The notes under the pieces were generated by a model. The model had not been told where the DNA came from, did not search any database, and saw only the letters and a list, made by a program, of their open reading frames with translations. Positions 7,614 through 15,145 of a stretch of DNA of 23,688 bases are shown here, piece after piece; positions within the stretch are counted from its first letter, which is position 1; each line of letters starts with the position of its first letter. Location of the stretch: positions 1-23,688 of the forward strand of contig CAZFMU010000007.1 of assembly GCA_964520165.1 (NCBI GenBank), given 5' to 3'. A program made the position numbers and the translations under genes. This stretch comes from an uncultured Salinarchaeum sp. Lineage in GTDB: Archaea; Halobacteriota; Halobacteria; Halobacteriales; Salinarchaeaceae.

Positions 7614-8378
7614 CTAGTTACGAAGGTACAGTCGCCGTACTCGCTCGGCCAGTTGACCGATCCGCTTGCTACGTTGTGGATCCAGCTGGTCAGATGCTAT
7701 CGCAGCAGCTTTGAGTTGCTGCTGTTGGGCCTCTAATTCTGACTGAACGTCCTCGTACGCGTCATCATCAACCGGAGTATCTTTGACAAATGAGTGGACC
7801 TCATCAAGTCGTTTACGACAGGCCTCCGCTGAATCTTCGCAGGCTCGCTCAAGATGTTCGGTTAGGGAGACGGCTAAGTAATCCGCAGAGGCATCCTGGA
7901 GCCGATCAACGGACTCGGTTGCGGCGAGATCGGCCAATCCGTCCTGCGCCATCTTGCGTTCTGTCTGTCGAGTCGCATCGTCAATGACGGTGTGGTAAGT
8001 TTCTTCAATCTCCTCGCGAAGCGTGTCAGAGTCTACTCTGGCTGCGTAGGTTTGCAAGCGATCTAAGGCCCGTTCTCGTTCGTCTGAGCGGTTGCCATCT
8101 TGTGCTACATCACAGTGCACGGAGATGGCTGTTGGGACCACCCCGGGAGCTGACTGGCCAACAAGCTTGTCAAGCTGCGATTGAGCAAGTGTGCGCTCCT
8201 CTTCGTAAGTCGCATCCCTAGCTACACGCGCAAGTGTTCGCCCGATCGCTGCACGCTGTTGATCATCAACCTCAGAGTAGAGGTCGCCAAGACGCTCAAG
8301 AGCCTCTTTGCGATCGGAGGAATACGTCGATTCACGAGCCTGACGCCGCAGTTCACTTACTGAGTCATGAAGAGCCAT
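7614..8378 (-). CDS. Hypothetical alpha-helical repeat protein (255 aa; HEAT/PBS-like repeats)
   Basis: The ORF track extends to 8603, but the first 75 residues are non-acidic and hydrophobic. The first ATG that yields a halophile-type protein (MALHDSVSELRRQ...) is at 8376-8378 and was verified. Helical motifs of the form ALERLGDLY / ALDRLQTYA repeat. Confidence 0.6.
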   Translation of the reverse strand: MALHDSVSELRRQARESTYSSDRKEALERLGDLYSEVDDQQRAAIGRTLARVARDATYEEERTLAQSQLDKLVGQSAPGVVPTAISVHCDVAQDGNRSDERERALDRLQTYAARVDSDTLREEIEETYHTVIDDATRQTERKMAQDGLADLAATESVDRLQDASADYLAVSLTEHLERACEDSAEACRKRLDEVHSFVKDTPVDDDAYEDVQSELEAQQQQLKAAAIASDQLDPQRSKRIGQLAERVRRLYLRN

Positions 8379-8439
8379 TGAACAGTCCCCTTGGTTGGAC
8401 GAACCTATATAATAGAACAGACATATTCTTTGTGGTGGC

Positions 8440-8997
8440 CTACGGTGGGGTCGATTCACCACAGTCCGGACATTGATCTGCCGCAGACGGGAGTTCTGCT
8501 CCACAGAATATGCAGTATTGGTTGTCCTCAGAGTCACGATCGGCAGGAGCATTAGATGTTGAACTCCCGCTATAGCTATTATCCGAGGACACAGTAATCT
8601 CATCCTTGTTGTCGGTGACCGTCATATTAGAAGCAACGCTATCGGTAATGGTGGTTTCCTCGGCTTGAGTATTAATATTCGATTTATTGACGACGCTGTC
8701 CTCAATAACCGTGCTGTGATCGTTCACTGTAGTGTGTTCATCAGTTTTCGTAGTGCTGTTGTCTACTCGCGTGATGTCGGTCTGCTTAACCGTCTTGTCC
8801 TGCTGACCGCTAACGATATCTCCGCTGACGTGAGTTACATCATCTGTAGTCGAGTCGAGAATATTGGCGGCAAGTTTATCCACCGTGTCATTATTACTGT
8901 TGGTCTCAACGGGGGCTGATGGGTCCCCCTCAGAACATTTTGGACATTCAGCTCCTGTATATACCTCGTTGTGTTGTTCGCAGTACGGCATAGTCAC
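8440..8997 (-). CDS. Zinc-ribbon protein with a Thr/Ser/Asp-rich low-complexity core
   Basis: N-terminal C-x15-CPKC and C-terminal CIFCG-x10-CPDCG. The middle is extremely T/S/D/N-rich and carries the shared EDSVVNKSNI tail motif. The track start at 8995-8997 is GTG and overlaps the upstream stop as GTGA. An ATG two codons downstream (8989-8991) is an alternative start. Confidence 0.65.
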   Translation of the reverse strand: MTMPYCEQHNEVYTGAECPKCSEGDPSAPVETNSNNDTVDKLAANILDSTTDDVTHVSGDIVSGQQDKTVKQTDITRVDNSTTKTDEHTTVNDHSTVIEDSVVNKSNINTQAEETTITDSVASNMTVTDNKDEITVSSDNSYSGSSTSNAPADRDSEDNQYCIFCGAELPSAADQCPDCGESTPP

Positions 8998-10157
8998 TCG
9001 TTCGTATTGTCGTCAACGTCTGAGCGGTTAATGACACTATCACTTACTTCCGTGCTCTCGTCGTTTACCTCGGTGCTCTGATCAATTTCGGTTATGCTTT
9101 GATCAACCGCGGCAATTTCAGTCGTGTCGACGGTTTTGTCCTGAGACCCGACAACCACGTCACCGTCAATAGTAGTATCACCTCCAAGCTCATCGAGACT
9201 CGTGATACCGGCGTATCTGAACTCTCCAATCGACGGCGGATCCTTACGTGTCGATTCAATGGCATCCTCGAACATGTTCCGGATGGCAGCGTAGTGATCG
9301 TCAGGGAGCTCGTTGACTGTCCGCCAGGCCCGATCAGCCACTTTTCCATCGCCGGCATCGGTGATGTCAACTGAGTACAAGCCCTGCTCCCAGACCGCGT
9401 CAATATCGAAAACCCAGAGCCCCACGGCATCAATATTACTATTTGATTTGATATGTTCGAATAAGTGTGGGGTCAAGAGCCCGACGCAGTCAGCAATTCG
9501 AATAGAACCGGTCATCGATCGAATGGTAGGATTTACGACCGCTACGTTCGCGCCTAGTGTGATATCTCCCGCAGCACTGACTGAAAATGCAAATAGGTCC
9601 GACGCTTCGATGTCCCCCTCCGAGTACACATCGCCGAGAATAACTGTCCGTGCGTTCGTCCGAAATGCGTCGGTTGCGTGCACCGAGCCGTATACGACAG
9701 TTGGACGCTCGACTGTGATATGCGCTCCAATTAAGTCACCATAGATCGCGACTGGCTGAGCTTCCCAGTCGTCAAAGGTTGATGCAGGAGCCACAATATC
9801 TATTTGCCCCTTTGAAATCACAGAGCCAGCAATACGCGCCCCGAGAGTAGACGCTTCATTAGCCGCCGGGTGAGCCGCCCCGCCGTGCTCAATAGCGACA
9901 CGATCACGGCCGAATATGTCACCGCTGACCTGTACACCGTACTTACAGTCAACTTCGGCGGCATAGATACCGATTGCCTCAGGCGGATTATATACCGACC
10001 CCTTTTCGAGAGTCACTTGCCAGTTGAGTTGGCGAAACGCGTTTTCCCGTGGAACGAGTGCCTCCTCGCACGTTTGATCAGCCTTGACAGTTGCAAAATT
10101 CGTGTTGTCTGTTTCGACTTTGTCCGACGTGATTGCTCCCTGAAGTTTGTCAGGCAC
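8994..10157 (-). CDS. Bactofilin-like beta-helix (polymer-forming cytoskeletal) domain protein with a Thr/Asp-rich tail
   Basis: The central ~170 aa consist of tandem short hydrophobic/Gly repeats of the bactofilin (DUF583) type: VQVSGDIFGRDRVAIEHG, ARIAGSVISKGQIDIV, VAIYGDLIGAHITVE, TVILGDVYSEGDIEASD and FSVSAAGDITLGANVAVV. The GTG start at 10155-10157 overlaps the upstream stop by 8 nt, and there is no in-frame ATG for about 210 codons. The C-terminus carries the shared DSVINRSDV motif. Confidence 0.6.
   Translation of the reverse strand: MPDKLQGAITSDKVETDNTNFATVKADQTCEEALVPRENAFRQLNWQVTLEKGSVYNPPEAIGIYAAEVDCKYGVQVSGDIFGRDRVAIEHGGAAHPAANEASTLGARIAGSVISKGQIDIVAPASTFDDWEAQPVAIYGDLIGAHITVERPTVVYGSVHATDAFRTNARTVILGDVYSEGDIEASDLFAFSVSAAGDITLGANVAVVNPTIRSMTGSIRIADCVGLLTPHLFEHIKSNSNIDAVGLWVFDIDAVWEQGLYSVDITDAGDGKVADRAWRTVNELPDDHYAAIRNMFEDAIESTRKDPPSIGEFRYAGITSLDELGGDTTIDGDVVVGSQDKTVDTTEIAAVDQSITEIDQSTEVNDESTEVSDSVINRSDVDDNTNE
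9019..9047. repeat. Second DNA-level copy of the shared tail module (encodes ...SDSVINRSDV...)
   Basis: See 7002..7040. Confidence 0.45.
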
Positions 10158-11148
10158 GTGCGGTCACCTCCGCGGTGTCCTCGGTTGTTGTAGCGTCTGT
10201 TGTCCTCTGTTTGTGATTGCCTTCTGCCTCAATCTCGTACGTTCGTAGTGCCTCAACAAATCGATCCAACGCGATATCTTCCTCTATAAGAAACTGGGGA
10301 TCGACATATGCACTGTCATCGCGGCTAGCAAGCGCATCACGCACCTCATCCTGTGCAACATACGACCGTACTGCATCAGCCATTTTGCTGTAGCCGTGTA
10401 CGGGATGCTCTCGGAGGTAGTCTCGGTATGGTTGGGAACGAGTTGGGGATTCGACATCATCAGAACGCCCTAAAATGGAATAAACGCGGAGTTCTTCGCC
10501 GTCATCTGTCTCAATGCCAACGACCCAAAAGGGAACTGTTATCTGCGCGGTATCACTCATTGTTGGGAGATCCGTCTGGAGTGACGCAATCGTATCTGCG
10601 GTCGCGGAGCGGTCATCAAGGAACTGATCAATCTGTTCGAAGTAGTTATTCCGCGCAGAGAGAATAGCATCAATACGATCACGATAGGTCTCATTTGTCG
10701 TGTTAGCAAGATTTGACGACTGACTGGCGACTGTTGAACGAGCCTCACGGATGTGATCAAACTCATCGTTAACTGTCTTGAAGGTATCACCGTGGCCGCC
10801 GATCGAATTCAAAAACCGATTTTTTAGACGCTTGATACTCCCGCGGTAGTCATCAAGCACCTCTTTGACGCGGTCTTCGTACTCCTGTCGCTTGCGTTCA
10901 ACCTCTTCTCTAAGTTGATCTTTGAGATCTTCGATTGCCTGACGTTCGGCCGTTGCTTTCTTGTGCTCAACATCACGAATTTGATGTTTGAGTTGTTTGA
11001 CCTCGTCGCTAAGCTGATCAACAGCACTGTTTGTCTCTCGGATTTCGCGTTTGAGATCATCAATCTGATCCGCAACAGCATCGCCTGCGGCCCGTCCGAT
11101 GCGGTGTTCGTCTACGTTTACTGTGACGTCCTGCTTGTCAGACATCAT
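10150..11148 (-). CDS. Hypothetical coiled-coil protein (332 aa)
   Basis: ATG verified at 11146-11148 (MMSDKQ). It overlaps the upstream gene's stop as ATGA. The N-terminal ~100 aa is heptad-like and E/R/K/Q-rich. The C-terminal half is mixed alpha/beta. Confidence 0.7.
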   Translation of the reverse strand: MMSDKQDVTVNVDEHRIGRAAGDAVADQIDDLKREIRETNSAVDQLSDEVKQLKHQIRDVEHKKATAERQAIEDLKDQLREEVERKRQEYEDRVKEVLDDYRGSIKRLKNRFLNSIGGHGDTFKTVNDEFDHIREARSTVASQSSNLANTTNETYRDRIDAILSARNNYFEQIDQFLDDRSATADTIASLQTDLPTMSDTAQITVPFWVVGIETDDGEELRVYSILGRSDDVESPTRSQPYRDYLREHPVHGYSKMADAVRSYVAQDEVRDALASRDDSAYVDPQFLIEEDIALDRFVEALRTYEIEAEGNHKQRTTDATTTEDTAEVTARA

Positions 11149-12692
11149 AGATCACCCAGCTGCTGCTCAATCTTGCGAGCCGTATCATAATCTGACTTGA
11201 TTTCGAAGTAGCGTTGCTCAGCGTCATCTTTGATTTGCTCGTATTGCGTGAGATCGATCATCTTCTGTTCTTTTGTCTGCCGAATCTCCTCGGCCTCCTG
11301 CTCAAGATCTTCAACGCTGTCCATGATCGGATCACGGAATGCATAGTAGAGGCTCCGCCATACCTCGCCGAAAAGTGCGCCACTATCAGCAACCGCAACG
11401 GGATCAACTGATCCGTGGACATCGCAGTAGCCTTGCTGGCCAAGGTCGTCAAGTCGGTTGTACGCACGCCTAAGTTCATCGTCAAGTTCAGGGATAGCTG
11501 CGGCAATGTCATCACGGATCTGGCCGGTGAAGTCCGACTCAGCACCACGATTGAGATCGGAGTCGCTGAGGGCCATGCCGAGACTCCCACTTTCAGCGCT
11601 TAGGATCTCGTCGACAAGATTGAGCTCGTCACGGATCGTCTCGATCCGATCTTCAAGACACTGTGGACAGACCTGCTTTTTCCCTGCAGTAGTGATCTGG
11701 TTGGCGTGATCGTCGTAGTGCGCCTCAACACGCTGTTGATTCGTCCGAAGGCGGGTCACTAGCTCCGTCGTAATCTCTTCCACACGGTCGCGACTCGCCT
11801 GCGCCTGCTCAAGCATATCGCCGCTCACCGCCTGTTCCTCAACGCCACGAATATCATCTACGGTCTCCTCACACTCGTTAAGCTGCTGACGAACCGATAC
11901 CTCTGGAATATCACGAGAAGGAGCCAAGAGCGAGTTACGCGATAGTTGTCTTATACTTTGTGCCACTTGGTTGTTTGCATGAACTGCTGCAGTAATCGTA
12001 TCACGTTCAATATTGCCTGCAACAGCGGCCATCGAATCAATCTGGTTGATGATCGGCTGCTCAAGACGGCGGTGGTCAGTAGCGTCCGGCGCGAACTGGG
12101 TAGCAACCGACGGATCAATGATAGATTCCTTACCGAAGGCCTCGTCATACTGTTGTTTGTAGGCAACAACTTCTTGTTGATTATCAAACAACAGTTCAGA
12201 GTCAATATATGCAAGTTCAAGATTTGTTTTAGGGGCAGTGTTCAGCCCATCGAAGATCATGTGCTGATCCTGGTAAGGGATCAAATAGAGAGGAACCCCT
12301 ATTTGTGAAACGAACGAAACGGTTCCATCTGGCTCGTTCGTCTCAAGCTTCGATCGCTGGGTGAGGATTAGCTCTTTCGCATCTTGATACTTACTAAATG
12401 CGTAGATACCGACACCAAGCGCAGCGACGAGACCTATACTGGCAAGGATCAATGCTTCCCCGGCCAAACCAATAATGATAAGCAGTATACCACCGGCCAC
12501 CCCACCGCCGCCGAGTTGTTGCATGCGCCGCTGTCGGGATTCAGCCTCAGTAATTGTATCCTCATACCGTTTCTGTCGGTCGAAGTAGCTGCCTGCAGCG
12601 TCGGCAAACGCCATGGCAAGTACTTCTGTTCGAGCGCGTTCATGCGGTATCCGTTCCCCAGCGTCTACCATTCCCGGAGCTTGATATGACAT
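11145..12692 (-). CDS. Membrane protein with an N-terminal 2-TM hairpin and a long helical cytoplasmic region (515 aa)
   Basis: The ORF track extends to 12779, but the first ATG giving a halophile-type N-terminus (MSYQAPGMVDAG...) is at 12690-12692 and was verified. Hydrophobic segments: GVAGGILLIIIGLAGEALILASIGLVAALGVGIYAF. It heads a run of four tightly coupled genes with overlapping start/stop codons (12692 to 8440). Confidence 0.7.
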   Translation of the reverse strand: MSYQAPGMVDAGERIPHERARTEVLAMAFADAAGSYFDRQKRYEDTITEAESRQRRMQQLGGGGVAGGILLIIIGLAGEALILASIGLVAALGVGIYAFSKYQDAKELILTQRSKLETNEPDGTVSFVSQIGVPLYLIPYQDQHMIFDGLNTAPKTNLELAYIDSELLFDNQQEVVAYKQQYDEAFGKESIIDPSVATQFAPDATDHRRLEQPIINQIDSMAAVAGNIERDTITAAVHANNQVAQSIRQLSRNSLLAPSRDIPEVSVRQQLNECEETVDDIRGVEEQAVSGDMLEQAQASRDRVEEITTELVTRLRTNQQRVEAHYDDHANQITTAGKKQVCPQCLEDRIETIRDELNLVDEILSAESGSLGMALSDSDLNRGAESDFTGQIRDDIAAAIPELDDELRRAYNRLDDLGQQGYCDVHGSVDPVAVADSGALFGEVWRSLYYAFRDPIMDSVEDLEQEAEEIRQTKEQKMIDLTQYEQIKDDAEQRYFEIKSDYDTARKIEQQLGDL

Positions 12693-12787
12693 TACACAGG
12701 GGAGTAATATCATACAACTCAAATAAATGCTTGGGCGCTGCTGCACCCGCCGCAAGTGCTTTATCACTAACAAAACCATTTCTCATC

Positions 12788-12943
12788 ATGCACGTTCAGG
12801 TGCTTGAATTCGAGTACAACGCTACAGACGCCAAATCAATTGAGACGCGCCTGAATAACTATTTCTCACACCACGAAGTCACAAACGTTGAGGTTGTTGA
12901 TACTGGTGGTCGAATCCTTGTCTTTTGTTTCTCCGCGGAGTGA
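12788..12943 (+). CDS. Possible small acidic protein (51 aa; MHVQVLEFEYNATDAKSIETRLNNYFSHHEVTNVEVVDTGGRILVFCFSAE)
   Basis: ATG at 12788. Halophile-like composition. It occupies a 312-nt gap between two minus-strand genes. There is no homology evidence, so it could equally be non-coding promoter space. Confidence 0.25.
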   Translation: MHVQVLEFEYNATDAKSIETRLNNYFSHHEVTNVEVVDTGGRILVFCFSAE

Positions 12944-13004
12944 ATGCGTTGTGATGCTAAGTGACACGACACGTCTAATTTTCTACCAATATCATGTACG
13001 GCAC

Positions 13005-14837
13005 TTACTCAAGCTGAGTGCCACACTCAATGCAGTACGTCGTACCAGGATCGTTTTGACTCCCACAGTCCGGACAGGTAATCGCTTCTTCGGCCGAGGA
13101 GCCTCTCTCAGAAGATTCGGCTTCACTCTCCGATGGTCCACCGCTCTGCACAATAGTCGTATCGCCACCAGAGGACGCTCCCGAATCGCCACTAACGATG
13201 ACATTATCGGAGGTATCCTCAGCAGCGGCAGCTGCCGCCTCACCCATGTTGTCCATCGCGGATTCGGTAGTCTCCTGCATCCGGTCCATTGAGTCGTCCA
13301 TCATCTCGTTCATCTCTTCGCGGAACTGCTTTTGATCCTTGACGCGCTGGCGTTCCTTTTCGGCACTATTAGCCTCCTGTCGCGCCTTCGCGAGTTCGTC
13401 GCTGTTCTGTGCCCCTAGCGAGTCGAGTTGATCCGCATTGAGGTGTTCGGCCTTGTCCATCTTCGCAAGTTCTGTCAGCGCGTCGGTATCCGTGTCGTCG
13501 AGACTCGCGAGCGTTTGTGCGTCCACGTTGTCGCGGGCACTAAGTCGCTTCTTTTCGACAGCGATATCATGCGACTCCTTTTCCATCTCAAGTTCTTGAT
13601 TGCGAGCCTTCTTGTCGAGTTTTTGCTCGTCTTTTTTCTGCTTGATGTCGAGCAGATCCTCTATTTCGGACACGTCCTGCTGGTGCTCGTCGGACCGCTC
13701 CTTCATCGACTGCTCGTGTTTGATATCGCGTCGATTGACGGCCGACTCCGTCCGATGGGTCTTCAGCTGTTCGTCGTGTTCGACGGTTTCCTGCTCGGCG
13801 TTGTGTGCGTGTCGCCGCTGCTGGTCCTCAAGATCCTGTTCGTGATCAAGTGCCTGGGACTTGATTTCGTGGTCGGCCGCCTGTTCGACCGTCTCGCGAC
13901 GCACCCGCTGTTCGTGTGTGTGTACCGTATCGTCGGTCTCGCGTTCGCGCTCGCGACGGTCAAGTGCCGCCGTCTGGTCAGCCAGTTCTTCTCTCTCCTC
14001 CCGGATATCGAGTTCCTTGTTGCGTTCGCGGAGTTCATCGCGGTCGTCCGCGTAGTCGAACGACAACAGTTCAATGAGTGACAGGCCATTTCGCTGGAAT
14101 GCGTCCTGGCACACTGTCTCGAGTTCGTCGCGAATTCGCTGTCGGACAGCCTGGTTACCATAGAGTTCATCGTGGGAATACTCGTGCAGCGCCGACTCAA
14201 CAGCATTGCGCATGGCCCGTCCGAGATCTTGGTTGAGGGCTCCGGTCGTCAGGGCGTCGCGATCTGCCATCATCGACTCGAAGAACCGTTCGAAGTCGTC
14301 GATCGACACGACGACTTCGAGTGTTGCCGATACAGGATAATCGTTTTGCGTACGAATATCCTCGAAAGTTCGCCGAACCGTCTTCTGTCCTTCGTCAACA
14401 AGGATAATGGTGAGATCGGGGGATCGGCGGAGTTCAACGATACGCTGGGGAAGGCTATCAAGTGTGTGCTGGCCAGGGCCGAGCGTTTCGGTGAGTTCGC
14501 CGTTCTCAAGCAGTAAGGCCCGGGTGCCCTGCTGGATCCGGATACTCTCGGTCCGCGTGAGTTTGCCGAGGAGGCTACCGGCACCGAGTACCTGCTCGTC
14601 AACACGTTTCGCAAACTCATCATCAGCCAGTCGCCAGCCGCCGCTTGTAGGAGCCTTCCCACTACTTTCATGTTCGGCACCTGCGGCAAGTTCCTGGCCA
14701 CAGTTACGACAGAACTGCGCCTCTACGGGGTTTGACTCGCCACAACTCGGGCAAGTGCGTACAAGCGGCTCTCCACATTCCTTGCAGAACTCGGCCTGTG
14801 CTGATACATCGGCGTTGCAGTTTGGACAGTGAGGCAT
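13005..14837 (-). CDS. Flotillin-like protein: N-terminal double zinc ribbon, SPFH/band-7-like domain, long E/R/Q-rich coiled coil, and C-terminal zinc ribbon
   Basis: ATG verified at 14835-14837. The N-terminus has CPNC..CKEC..CPSC..CRNC and the C-terminus CPDCG..CIECG. Residues ~95-250 follow the band-7 pattern: SIRIQQGTRALLLENGELTETLGPGQHTL, then LTIILVDEGQKTV, then TFEDIRTQNDYPVSATLEVVVSIDDFERFF, then a helical segment. About 250 aa of charged coiled coil follow, resembling the flotillin EA-repeat domain. Confidence 0.8.
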   Translation of the reverse strand: MPHCPNCNADVSAQAEFCKECGEPLVRTCPSCGESNPVEAQFCRNCGQELAAGAEHESSGKAPTSGGWRLADDEFAKRVDEQVLGAGSLLGKLTRTESIRIQQGTRALLLENGELTETLGPGQHTLDSLPQRIVELRRSPDLTIILVDEGQKTVRRTFEDIRTQNDYPVSATLEVVVSIDDFERFFESMMADRDALTTGALNQDLGRAMRNAVESALHEYSHDELYGNQAVRQRIRDELETVCQDAFQRNGLSLIELLSFDYADDRDELRERNKELDIREEREELADQTAALDRRERERETDDTVHTHEQRVRRETVEQAADHEIKSQALDHEQDLEDQQRRHAHNAEQETVEHDEQLKTHRTESAVNRRDIKHEQSMKERSDEHQQDVSEIEDLLDIKQKKDEQKLDKKARNQELEMEKESHDIAVEKKRLSARDNVDAQTLASLDDTDTDALTELAKMDKAEHLNADQLDSLGAQNSDELAKARQEANSAEKERQRVKDQKQFREEMNEMMDDSMDRMQETTESAMDNMGEAAAAAAEDTSDNVIVSGDSGASSGGDTTIVQSGGPSESEAESSERGSSAEEAITCPDCGSQNDPGTTYCIECGTQLE

Positions 14838-15145
14838 GGGTACTGGGTGAAAGGGGTATTGCCCTTCCTTTTGATAGCGAGGATGTGGTTACCCCGGAGG
14901 TTCACTAGATGGGGACTGTCCGGGACTCCACAACCACTGAAGGAAGAGCTATGGTATGGTTATTGTTTGACTTGATGTGTTGTTGTTACAAAAACCAGCC
15001 TGATAAAACTTAGCGTCACACGCGATCAATTGGAAGCTCAAGCAGTATCCTGTAAGGCCACGATTGGACGACTTGTGCAACTGAGCAGAGTTCCACGGGA
15101 CCACTTTGCGTAAGATTCAGTAGATCCCTAACAAGATCAGAGGAC

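Noticed and set aside
7614-8603. Longer 329-aa version of the helical-repeat gene starting at 8603
   Set aside because: The extra 75 N-terminal residues are non-acidic and hydrophobic, unlike the rest. The internal ATG at 8378 gives a coherent protein, so the extension is probably 5' UTR read in frame.
8989-9000. Idea that the bactofilin-like gene and the downstream zinc-ribbon gene are one gene split by a frameshift (tail motif followed by a zinc ribbon, as in the FHA protein)
   Set aside because: The junction is a canonical GTGA start/stop overlap with the two frames offset by 2 nt. That is normal translational coupling, and no single indel would restore a fusion. It is retained only as a domain-order observation.
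6980-9060. N-x-S/T sequons (VNRSD, VNKSN, INRSD) in the shared tail motif as N-glycosylation sites
   Set aside because: The proteins carry zinc ribbons or FHA domains and have no signal peptides. They are cytoplasmic and so inaccessible to AglB.
11145-12779. Longer 544-aa version of the membrane protein starting at 12779
   Set aside because: The N-terminal 29 residues (MVLLVIKHLRRVQQRPSIYLSCMILLPCV) are atypical. The ATG at 12692 (MSYQAPG...) is preferred.
13428-14516. Plus-strand ORFs 13428..14081, 13600..13845, 13861..14055 and 14172..14516 inside the flotillin-like gene
   Set aside because: They are antisense to a 610-aa ORF with strong domain evidence. Their Ser/Arg/Cys-rich products arise from the complement of GAG/GAC-rich coding sequence.
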